A DNA stretch of 64,000 nucleotides from Eledone cirrhosa (Eukaryota): assembly GCA_964016885.1 (NCBI GenBank), contig OZ024762.1:28706001-28770000 (forward strand), in the 5' to 3' direction. The translations under genes were made by a program, and so were the position numbers. Each line of letters opens with the position of its first letter. Within the stretch, counting starts at the first letter, position 1. This document shows, in pieces, positions 1 through 10,580 of this stretch. Under the pieces are notes generated by a model. It was given only the letters and a program-made list of their open reading frames with translations. It had not been told where the DNA came from and ran no database searches.

Positions 1-496
1 AATCTCACGTAGTTCACTATAGTGCCTACAGAGTTATCTCCTACTGCTTTTATATAGTATCACTGTTTACGCTACAATCATTTACTAGTATGATCGAATG
101 GTTTGCAGTCTGGCTTACTAACGTGTTACATGGTTCAAACCGGGCTGGTTTCTTAATCTTGGAAAAGAGTTATCGCCCACAGCCTTTCAGAGTTTCTTAG
201 TTTACTCGAAAGGTGGCATGGCGATCTGCTTTTATGAGGAGTAGTAAGAGACAATAATATATGTAAGGAGGAGGAGTGAGAGAGATAGAAAGACAAAGCT
301 GTGTTAATTCTCTCTCCCCCTCTCTTCTTTTACTCTATCTACCTCTTATGTCTTCATTTCACTGTTTAATTGTCTTATTTCCTAATTCCAGTTAATTCCA
401 TTAAATATTGAATCTTGGTCGAAATTAATATTTTCACCTGTGACGATCTGTACAACCAATAATAATAGGAGTCACGTTACATGATATGTATATATA

Positions 497-575
497 CAGG
501 GTGTCTCTAAAATATGTATACACATTTACATCGACTGTAGTTGAAGTGTGAATACATTTTTGAGGGGAGACCCTG
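497..575. mobile_element. Tiny Tc1/mariner-type MITE
   Basis: TA|CAGGGTGTCTC...GAGACCCTG|TA imperfect terminal inverted repeats with TA on both sides; a solo copy of the right end lies at ~19691-19724. Confidence 0.65.
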
Positions 576-1132
576 TATATATTTTATATATACATGTATA
601 TATTAAAAGATGATTGATATATAAATATAAACATCGGGAAGGAATCCAGCCCGCCGGCTAGGCGGTTCTGCCGCCGACCCGTACGCTTGTAGTCACTGCC
701 GGAAAAGGCAGGCGGCAAGGCGGCGTGTATACGCGACACGACGCCTTCCTCTCATATGTATGTATATATATTTATAGATATACATATATATATATAAAGA
801 TATATATACTCTTACGTGTATACATCTGAAAATGTATATATGCATGTAAACACATACCTAAACATACATGTATATATATATAGATGGACAATTATACATA
901 TACAATAACTTATTTCTATACATACATATACCACAAGTAAGGCATGGTGCAGTCAACTAACCAGACCTCCCTCATAATGGACCAGCTAGATCCCAAAATA
1001 CAGGCCTGCTAGCCAACACAGTCCTAATAAATGTAAGCTACAGCGCAGTTATCTGGACAGACTTGTTTTAAGATAACTCATTATCCCACTACATCTTTTG
1101 TATACTATATATATATACTGTTTATATATATA

Positions 1133-1700
1133 CTAGCATTAAAGCCCGGCGTTGCTCGGGGTCATTAAGTTACCAAAGTTAGGTTGCACCACCCATTTTA
1201 TGGCAGCACTTTTTTGTCTGCCAGGCACTGGGTGAATGAATTGCAGACCTGGAAGCAGGAGCTGCGCCAGCAGTGACAATTGTAGTTTCGCCTATGGATA
1301 TTATCCTGTGCAAAAAAGTGTTGAAATTTATTGTTTCCCAGTACTTGCGCAACACGCGCGTAGACGATGCCAGCCGAACAACAGAGCTGCGATGGAGTTG
1401 TTCTGCATGGTTGTCTGTGTGTTTTCTAAATTTAAGACAGTAGGGAGGGTTGTGATATGAGGGACAGTTAGCTGTTGTTTCTAGCAGGTTTAGTGACCTC
1501 ATAGAGGATATGTGTTTTCTAAATTTAAGACAGTAGGGAGTGGTGTGATATGGAGGAGAGTTAGCTGCTGTTTCTAGCAGGTTTAGTGACCTCATAGAAG
1601 ATATGTTTTCTAAATTTAAGACAGTAGGGAGGGGTGTGATATGGGGGAGAGTTAGCTGCTGTTTCTAGCAGGTTTAGTGACCTCATAGAGGATATTATTG
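1133..1700 (-). mobile_element. Helitron 3' end with internal ~93-bp tandem repeat; 5' boundary not resolved
   Basis: Minus strand reads CCCGAGCAACGCCGGG hairpin, then CTAG|T (canonical Helitron 3' terminus); three ~93-bp repeats at 1419-1695. Confidence 0.6.
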
Positions 1701-2970
1701 TTTATCATTATCTATAAAAGGCAGATTGTTGTTGTTGTTGTTGAAGTGAGTGTGTGTTTGTATGCGTTTGGAAAAGAGGTTTTAAAAAGATTTATCGCTT
1801 GTTGTTGAATAAATGTATCTGTTGCTTTTGAATAATTGTCGTTTCGTATGAAATGTAATAATTTGAAGTATAAAAGAGAAAGTAGCAAAATGTGTGGGTT
1901 GTAGATAGAGATAAGCAGATGATATGACAGAGTAATACGGACAGTATCACCATCAAGCTTGGAAAGGGAAAGTAGAAGAAAGTATGAAGTTGTATAGATT
2001 TTGAATGGTAGTGGAAAGAGTTTAGCAGTTTAAATGACAGAGAAAAAATCGTAAAATATTGAGTTTTATCTATTTTTTGCGTAATTGTGGGTGAAATTGA
2101 AAAAATGAGATGTACCAAGACGCAATCGAAACTATTTTGAATACTGAATTGTAAATTTCAATTGAAGAAATTCTATATCGTAGATTTCTATAAGAAAGGA
2201 GCATGACCACACACTGAGCTTTATAGATTATGATACACACATATATAATTGTGTATTCACACATTATCTTAGTAATGAAATAATTAATAATTTTAGTAAA
2301 TTGTTCAAAATTCTTCATTAACCTTTTTGGTAGAAACCCAGTCAAAATTGGTTCTCGCTCTATGGAAATGGTTCCTATCTAAATTAAAGTCTTCCAACCA
2401 AATTCTATATAACAACCATATGTTAAGTTACTACATTAGTAATTAACTAACAATTGTGATAAATAGCTCAAAATTAGTCATAATTAATTGAAATACAAGG
2501 TTCATAATTATAATAAAATCTTCGAAGCTGGTAAACCTTAAAGGTACGCAACACACACATCGCTATAGCGTTTCACCAGCCCCTTCCTTCCTCAATCATT
2601 ACATAGATGTGTGCGTATGTAATAATTATTTTGTATTGTGTGTCTATTTATGAATATGTATGAGTAGATGTGTAACACAGTAGATGTGTGTGTATGTAAC
2701 ACAGTATATGTGCAAATGTAACACATTAGATGTGTGTGTAAGTAACACAGTAGATGTGTGTGTATGTAACACAGTAGATGTATTTATGTAACACAGTAGA
2801 TGTATGTGTATGTAACACAGTAGATGTGTGTATGTAACACAGTAGATGTATGTAACACAGTAGACGTATGTAACACAGTAGATGTGTGTGTAGGTAACAC
2901 AGTAGATGTCTATGTAGCACAGTAGATGTGTGTATGTAACAGTAGATGTGTGTATGTAACACAGTAGATG

Positions 2971-3722
2971 TGTAGCGAAATCTCTCCGTGCCTTGAACTT
3001 CGGGTGATACCTAAAGGTTAAATTTTAGGTCACCACATTTATTGTGTTAACAAGTTCAGGTTGGGGGACAGGAAGTGACAGCTATATGCAGACCATGTAC
3101 AAGCCATTCCACAGAGACATCGAAGTGATAGGATATACAACTAAATATGTAAGGATTTACTGCTATAAATAGACCCCAGTAGTCTACAGCCAGAGACATC
3201 AGAGCACCCCACTCCAGAACAAGCTATGTAAAGATTCACCACTATTCAACAGACCCCATGAAGTCTACAGATACGTCCAGAGCGATTGGAACCCTGCTAT
3301 ACAGAACACAAATGTGGAAGATATGCAGTTCACGGTATTTCTCAGTTACTTCAGACCATTCAGAGATATACGAACCATATCTCATCTCTCTCTAACTAAC
3401 ACGGTCTAACAACTATTGCCACAAATTCCAACAACAACAACAATTATCTGTAACTCGCCTTTTTAACACCAACAACAACAGCCTACACTTCAACAACAAA
3501 ATAATATTGTCAATCTTTGCAACTTATGGTAACTTGTTTATTTGTACCTTTTAATTCACGTGAAGTAAACTATATATATCAAATCATATATTCTTATATC
3601 CTTTATATCATATTCATGTTATTATTCCTATTATTGTTATTATCATAACAACTAAATAACCAACATATCTATTCTATACATATTACCATACTATCCATTA
3701 TATAACCATTTCTTTCGTTAAA
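2971..3722 (+). mobile_element. Solo LTR (Gypsy-like)
   Basis: Begins TGTAGCGAAA and ends TTTCGTTAAA (inverted termini, terminal CA mutated); GATG 4-bp duplication on both sides; TATAAA at ~3164. Confidence 0.65.
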
Positions 3723-4056
3723 GATGTATGTGTATCTAACTCAGTAGATCTGTGTGTATGTAACACAGTAGATATGTGTGTGTATGTAACACAGTAGATG
3801 TGTGTGTGTAACTGGGTAGATGTGTGTGTGTATGTAACCCAGTAGATGTGTGTATATGTAACACAGTAGATGTGTGCGTATGTAACACAGTAGATGTGTG
3901 TATGTAATACAGTAGATGAGTGTGTATGTAACACAGATGTGTCTATGTAAAACAGTAGATGTGTGTATGTAACACAGTAGATGTGTGTGTATGTAACACA
4001 GTAGATGTCTATGTAACTCAGTAGATGTGTGTGTATGTAATACAGTAGATGTGTAT

Positions 4057-4395
4057 ACAGAGTACCCGACCTCCCATGGGTACAAGCTGAAGCATATAAA
4101 CAATATGCCCCCACACCCCTCACCGCAAGGTGGTCCTGGAGGTGCCACGGCAAAAAAGCACCCAGCCCACACTGTAAAGTGGATGTGTAGGCGCCACGAA
4201 AAAGCACCCAGCACTCACTGTAAATGAGGTTGGTGTTAGGAAGGGCATCCAGCTGTAGAAATCAAGCCAGATCAGTTCCTGTATGAGCAAGGCATGGTCA
4301 GCCGACCAGACACTGCCCACAACAGGACAACCCGTCTAACCCATGCTAGCGTGGAAGAACGGACGTAAAACGGTGATGATGATGATGATGATGAT
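4057..4395 (+). mobile_element. 5'-truncated SINE or RTE 3' end with (GAT)n tail
   Basis: GGTTGGTGTTAGGAAGGGCATCCAGCTGTAGAAA core and CCCATGCTAGCGTGGAA..CGGACGTAAAAC(GAT)n tail, shared with RTE ends elsewhere in the window. Confidence 0.8.
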
Positions 4396-4864
4396 GTGTG
4401 TATGTAATACAGTAGATGTGTGTGTATGTAACACAGTAGATGTGTGTATGTAACACAGTAGATGTGTGTATATATAATACAGTAGATGTATATGTAACTA
4501 AAGTGTAACGTACTTTACGAATGGACGACTAAATGATTTTAACTTGTTTTTTAACAATTGATGGTGGAAAAGATTTTAAATTGTGTCAACTCAGACCATA
4601 AAGGGCCGCAACACATGGAGTCTGACACTCTTACCGGCTACATAGCCTGGGAGTCTATTTTACCGACACTCGCTACATAGCTTCTTGTTAAAATCTTCCA
4701 ACATAATTTTATACAAGAACCACATATTAAGTTACTAATAAAATAATTAATAATTAAAAACTTTAGTAAATCCTACAAATGATATCTCAGTAATGAAATA
4801 ATTAATAATTGTTATAAATACCTCAAAATTCCTCATTAATTAAACCCAAGACAGGTAAAAACAG

Positions 4865-5185
4865 GTTTGGGCGATTGAAAGCGTATGGTTCGTGAGTTCG
4901 AATCCCAGACCAGGCGTTCTGTACATTGGGGCATAGAACAAGACACTTTATTTCTCATTCTTTCATTTCTCCCAGCTGGCAAAAATAATAAATTGTACCA
5001 GTAATTATAGGGGATACGTTGTTACATAGAATTGTCACACTGAATCTCCCTGAGAACAATGTCAACTGTACACGTGTCAATGAAGTAACCAGACACATTA
5101 TAATATGAGATGGGTTCTATATGTATTTAAAAAGGAGGCCATGTCACACGTTTTGTCTCGATGAATCTCCCTGAGAACTACGTAT
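4865..5185 (+). mobile_element. Degenerate tRNA-derived SINE
   Basis: B-box GAGTTCGAATCCC followed by AACAAGACACTTTATTTC, similar to SINEs at 30930-31107 and 55008-55385. Confidence 0.55.
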
Positions 5186-5187
5186 AT

Positions 5188-5850
5188 AGTAGTGACTATC
5201 AGAGGACTACATTATCTCATGTACAGTATAGTAGTTAGTATTAGTGACTATCAGAAACAGTGTATCTAGGACTATATTATCTAATGTACAGTACGGTAGT
5301 TAGTATTAGTGGCTATCAGACAGTGTACCTAGGACTAAAATATCTAATGCACTGTATAGTACAGTAGTTGGTATTAGTGGCTGTCAGACATAGTGTACTC
5401 TGGACTACATTATCTAATCTACAGTACAGTAGTTAGTATTAGTGGCTATCAGACAGTGTACCTAGGACTAAAATATCTAATGCACTGTATAGTACAGTAG
5501 TTAGTATTAGTGGCTATCAGACAGTGTACCTAGGACTAAAATATCTAATGCACTGTATAGTACAGTAGTTAGTATTAGTGGCTATCAGACATAGTGTATC
5601 TAGGACCACATTATCTAATGTACAGTATAGTAGTTAGTATTAGTGGTTATCACACAGTGTATCTAGGACTACATTATCTAATGTTCAGTACAGTACAGTA
5701 GTTAGTATTAGTAGCTACCAGACATAGTGTATCTAGGACTACATTATCTAATGTACAATATAGCACAGTAGTTAGTATTAGTGGTTATCAGACAGTATAT
5801 CAAGGACTACATTATCTAATGTACTGTATAGTATTTAGTATTAGTGGTAA
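5188..5850. repeat. ~60-bp minisatellite (AGTAGTTAGTATTAGTGGCTATCAGACAGTGTACCTAGGACT...)
   Basis: About 10-11 visible tandem units. Confidence 0.9.
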
Positions 5851-6361
5851 TGTTATATATATTTTCACTTGTATATAATTACTGTATCGTTGAAGGGTTC
5901 ACATAATTATATTATTTACATTAATATAGACATTAAGTAAATCTTTGTCAACTTACTTTTTTCACATATAATCAATGTGTTGTGTTGTTAGTTTTTATTA
6001 AACAACCAAAGACAAATTCATTCTTATAGGACTTTCTAACATAGCTATCATCCCCTCTCCTGATGACATGTCAACACCAGTTTAACTTCCACCTTTATAT
6101 TAGTAGGAGTCAATTCTTTCTCAATATCTTTTTCTCACTTCTCTCTCCTTCTCCGGGAGGAATCAGCTGTGACTAGACCAAGAGTCTAATGAATCTATAT
6201 GAATCCATACAATATCTGATTTTACTTGAAGTTTTATTCAGATCTCAATTGTGTTCTGACCTGGAGAGAGGAGATGGGATCCATCACGTTTTAAAATATG
6301 TGCAAGAAAGACTGAAATCCACTAAAGTACCCCTACAACTACCCAAGATTTACAGGTCCAT

Positions 6362-6398
<37 letters not shown>

Positions 6399-6965
6399 CT
6401 ATATCCCTTTCTCTGGAAGAAATCAAGTGTATTCAGATCTGGAAGGAGGGTGTTGTCTCCACCAGGTCTAAAATACCCAATAAATGTTGTATGTCACTAA
6501 GGTACCCCTATGATTCCACAAGGATTTCCTTTCATTAGGACTATGTCTGGGTTAGCCTGTGAAATAGGGATTGAGTAACTGTATTTCAGGAAGCTGTTTT
6601 GATATTGAAGGGACATCTGTTAGTGTAGGGTTTCGTTGGTGACATAATAAGGTTCTAATACTGTAAAGAGCTACCTGAAACACTGTCTGGTACATGTTTT
6701 GGAGAGATGATCATAAAGCCATGTATAGAGAAGCACTCAGCAAAGTTAGGATTAACATTGACTATATTGAAGAAATATATTTTTCGAATGTTGTTATATT
6801 TTCACTTGTATATAATTACTGTATCGTTGAAGGGTTCACATAATTCTATTATTTACACACATTAATATAGACATTAAATAAATCTTTGTCAACTTACCTC
6901 CTTCAGATGTAATCAATGTGTTGTGTTAATTTTTACTAAACAACAAAAGAAATAATCTCTTGTTT
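5851..6965 (-). promoter_or_regulatory. Two copies (5851-6020, 6791-6965) of a putative ZNF non-coding first-exon / splice-donor module
   Basis: Homologous to 31940-32120 and 55937-56116; minus-strand GTAAGT donor at 5956 and 6897 (GAAGGAG|GTAAGT in the latter). Confidence 0.45.
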
Positions 6966-7020
6966 TTGTGAGTTCACAAAAACTAGATGGTGTCAGACAA
7001 AACACAGGAGAGATACTAAA

Positions 7021-7065
7021 TAACACTGAGGAGGTTATATAATGTGTGACAAAAGAGCTTTGACA
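7021..7065 (+). ncRNA. Degenerate hammerhead ribozyme motif
   Basis: CTGAGGA-ggttatat aat gtgtgac-AAAA gagc TT (GAAA mutated to AAAA); the motif and downstream 7080-7227 are homologous to the element at 39932-40189. Confidence 0.45.
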
Positions 7066-7529
7066 ATAAACAAATAAACTAACCAACTGGATGTTTATAA
7101 CAAATTGAAGAGTAAACCAACAATTGCATGAGTTTTTATTGGCAGCATGACTCTCCTAGAGTATAACAATATCTGTTTCAACGCAAGTTTTCAGATAAGA
7201 AACCTTGCTTGACAAATACAAAAACGGTGTGTGTGTATGTATATATATATATATATGGACGTACACTCACACACATATATAAATATATATATATATATAA
7301 TTGAAAAAGCGGAGAATAACACGGTCAACAGTACAAAAAAGGGTATTTATTTGCAGCCTAACAATTGTTTCACTGATAATTGGATTAATTGTTTCACTTA
7401 CCTATAACGATATTTTGTTATCCTTTATATATATATATAAGTATATATAGAAAAGGTAAAGAGAAATAACAACACAATCAGTACAGTATATGGAAGGAAT
7501 ATATTAGGTTAACACATGGGAATACAGGT

Positions 7530-8150
7530 CTTCTGCAGTACTGTACAACGCCGGAGATTTCAATCCTGTGTCATCACCTTTGAGAGGTACAATGGTGTCA
7601 GGTCAGTTTTTATCACCTCATCTCAATCTCTCCTAGGTCTTCCTCTTCCATCAACTTTGAGCAGCCTGCTTCTTTATACAGCTGTCATCCTTCATACACA
7701 TCTCATATCCATACCAGCACACTGTGTATAATCCCTCTCATGCCCAGCTTCTCTCTGTTTATTTACACTTTACTCTTCATGTATATTACTATTAAACATC
7801 CATCAGAGCATACAAGCTTCATTTCTATCCAATCTTTAGAGGTCCTCTCCACACAGTTCCCAGGGTCACTACCATGTATTGTTGCTGTTTTATAAACACA
7901 TCATACAGACTGCCCTTTATTTTGAGGGAAAAACATTTTGCAGCCAGCAATGGTAGTAGCACCCTGAACTTCTTCTATCCCGTTCTTACCCTGGTTACGG
8001 TACTTTCAGAACACCCACCTCCACTGCTATTACTGCTTACTGCTCCAGTGTAACAACTACATATAAAACCTGCATTCTTAGATAACTTACCTTGAATCCC
8101 ACTACATCTCTTGTGTACCCAGAGTCTGCATTTGGGACATAGGATGGATT
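7530..8150 (-). pseudogene. Decayed RTE LINE ORF2 3' fragment
   Basis: Nucleotide similarity to the RTE at 10950-11600. Confidence 0.7.
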
Positions 8151-8345
8151 TAATATATATCTATATTTCAAGGATACCAAAATGTTGGTACGCACTCATC
8201 AGATAAAATACAATATATATGAATGTATGTATAGTATATTTGGTAATATACTGTATGTTTAATTAAAAACATTTTGAAGACATTGCACTATTATTTTAAA
8301 AGTAGTGATTATGTCACTTCCTTTTCAGCAAAGGAAGGAAGAGAA

Positions 8346-8385
8346 GCTGACAGATCTGTTTCACACTGTTGGTGTTCCTCAGAGC
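8346..8385 (-). ncRNA. Minimal type I hammerhead ribozyme
   Basis: Minus strand gct CTGAGGA acac caaca gtgt GAAAC agatct GTC agc: full core, stems I and II, palindromic stem III. Confidence 0.75.
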
Positions 8386-9154
8386 AATGTACTCGCCAAC
8401 CTCTGCCGAAAATGATAGAGGTTGGATTCTTATAGAATTCCAGTAATAATCAGGAATTGATTATACAGGGCGAGTGCCAGTCCGGCAAAAATTAAAGATT
8501 ACTTTGCCTTGGATTTCCCCTCTTTCTCACTTCCTTGGTTCTATTCCAAGTATCTAACCACTAGCTATTTAGTCAGATAATATACCTTGACAGAATCCAA
8601 TCCTGGGTATCTACATACACCTCACATTACTGCTCACTGGGTTTCACCATCTACCCTCAGTCTATAATTCAGTTTTCCTAAAGACAAACTATCTCCAACC
8701 TAATTCCTTTCCCCAACAAACTGTGATAAGTAAATAGCAAGTACATGTTATTTCTATTTTCACCCTTCTAAAGAGTACATATGTGTCTATATGTGTGTGT
8801 ATGTGGTTTTATATATATATATCAGATAGGGTGTGGTAAAACCAGCTAGACCATAACCCACTAAAGTACTCAGTAGAGTGGGTAATATGAAAAGATTCAG
8901 GGCCGTTTCGACAGCTAGATCTGAACTAGAGTTTGGATCTAGCAGTTGAAACAACCGGAGTTCAGCTGTCGGGGTCTTGAATTTTTTCATATATATATAT
9001 ATATGTATGTGTGTGTATGTATGTAGATATGTGTGTATTATATATTTTCACTATGGATTATAATTTGAACACCTTTTATTATCAGGACTCTTAATATTGA
9101 TAAGTATACACATTTCTAAATGAACCCATATCTGTTTATATATGTGAAATTTTC

Positions 9155-9827
9155 ACTACCTCCAATACTACCACTCCTCACAACCTGGGGAGTGGTGGTA
9201 CCATATTAACACTACCTCCAATACTACCCCTCCTCACAACCTGGGGAGGGGTGGTACCATATTAATACTACCTCCAATACTACCCCTCCTCACAACCTGG
9301 GGAGTGGTGGTACCATATTAACACTAACTCCAATACTACCCCTCCTCACAACCTGGGGAGTGGTGGTACCATATTAACACTAACTCCAATACTACCACTC
9401 CTCACAACCTGGGGAGTGGTGGTACCATATTAACACTAACTCCAATACTACCCCTCCTCACAACCTGGGGAGTGGTGGTACCATATTAACACTAACTCCA
9501 ATACTACCCCTCCTCACAACCTGGGGAGTGGTGGTAGCATATTAACACTAACTCCAATACTACCCCTCCTCACAACCTGGGGAGTGGTGGTAGCATATTA
9601 ACACTAACTCCAATACTACCCCTCCTCACAACCTGGGGAGTGGTGGTAGCATATTAACACTAACTCCAATACTACCCCTCCTCACAACCTGGGGAGTGGT
9701 GGTACCATATTAACACTACCTCCAATACTACCCCTCCTCACAACCTGGGGAGTGGTGGTACCATATTAACACTACCTCCAATACTACCCCTCCTCACAAC
9801 CTGAGGAGTGGTGGTAGCATATTAACA
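9155..9827. repeat. 56-bp minisatellite x12, each unit with a ~15-bp hairpin
   Basis: Near-identical units ACTACCTCCAATACTACCCCTCCTCACAACCTGGGGAGTGGTGGTACCATATTAAC. Confidence 0.95.
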
Positions 9828-9876
9828 CTAGATAAAAAACGATAAAGATCCCATAACTCCTTTTGGAGTCGTAGAG

Positions 9877-10545
9877 GCACTATCTTCTAGGAGTTCTCTG
9901 AGTCTCCTCTCCCACCATCCCATAAACAGATTGGCAACATCGCCAGCTATACTGACGACAATCGCTGCTCCCTCATTCTGGGTGTAGACTTTATCATTAA
10001 ATTTAAACATATGGCCATTTAGGTTAATTTTAATACTAGCCCCTATTGCATGTGCGACCATTTTTCTCAGAGAACTCCATAGCCCTCGTCATGTACTCTC
10101 GTTACGTAGACGATATCAATATAGTAATAAGACCACACCCCCACAAGAGAGTGCTAATAAACATAAATTAGAAGATAGCACAATGGAGCGCATCCAGCAG
10201 ATAGCTAACTCCATACACCAGAGTATAACTGTAACTATCGACTACCCTTCCAAACACCCTAACAATAGACTACCTGTATTAGACACGGAACTCTGGTTAA
10301 ACACTACAGACGAGAGGGCTCAAATTCTCCACTCACACTACGCTAAACCCATGGCCTCCAAATACCTGATGCTCAAAAACTCAGCAATGTCCAGTAGTGC
10401 TAAGTTTAATATTCTGATTGCAGACTTGGTAAGAGTGATGAAGAATGTGTCCCGCATGTGTGACCCAACAGAAATGAAAGACACATCCAAGACTTCATCA
10501 ACTGCATGCAGTTCTCTGGCTACAACCAAATGGACAGAATCGGGA
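9877..10545. pseudogene. Penelope-like reverse transcriptase fragment with an internal inversion
   Basis: Minus part: HMFKFNDKVYTQNEGAAI..SIAGDVANLFM (motif B region); plus part from ~10080: YSRYVDD...LPVLD...HSHYAKPM..SAMSSSAK (PLE RT and thumb). Confidence 0.75.
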
Positions 10546-10580
10546 GCCACGGATGTGTGTCGAAAGAACTTTGATAGACT

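Larger units (their letters stand above)
2662..4500. repeat. Minisatellite (GTGT)nATGTAACACAGTAGAT, ~20-24 bp unit, interrupted by a solo LTR and a SINE
   Basis: Directly visible tandem units at 2662-2970, 3723-4055 and 4395-4500. Confidence 0.9.

Noticed and set aside
645-750. Short GC-rich CGGC-repeating island
   Set aside because: Too short, with no ORF, termini or second copy to support a call
2726-4214. His/Tyr/Cys-rich ORFs (also ~19.1 kb, 28.2 kb, 32.8 kb, 39.6 kb, 61.4 kb)
   Set aside because: Translations of mini- and microsatellites
9155-9827. CRISPR-like array of palindromic repeats
   Set aside because: No unique spacers and no cas genes; a plain tandem repeat in eukaryotic DNA
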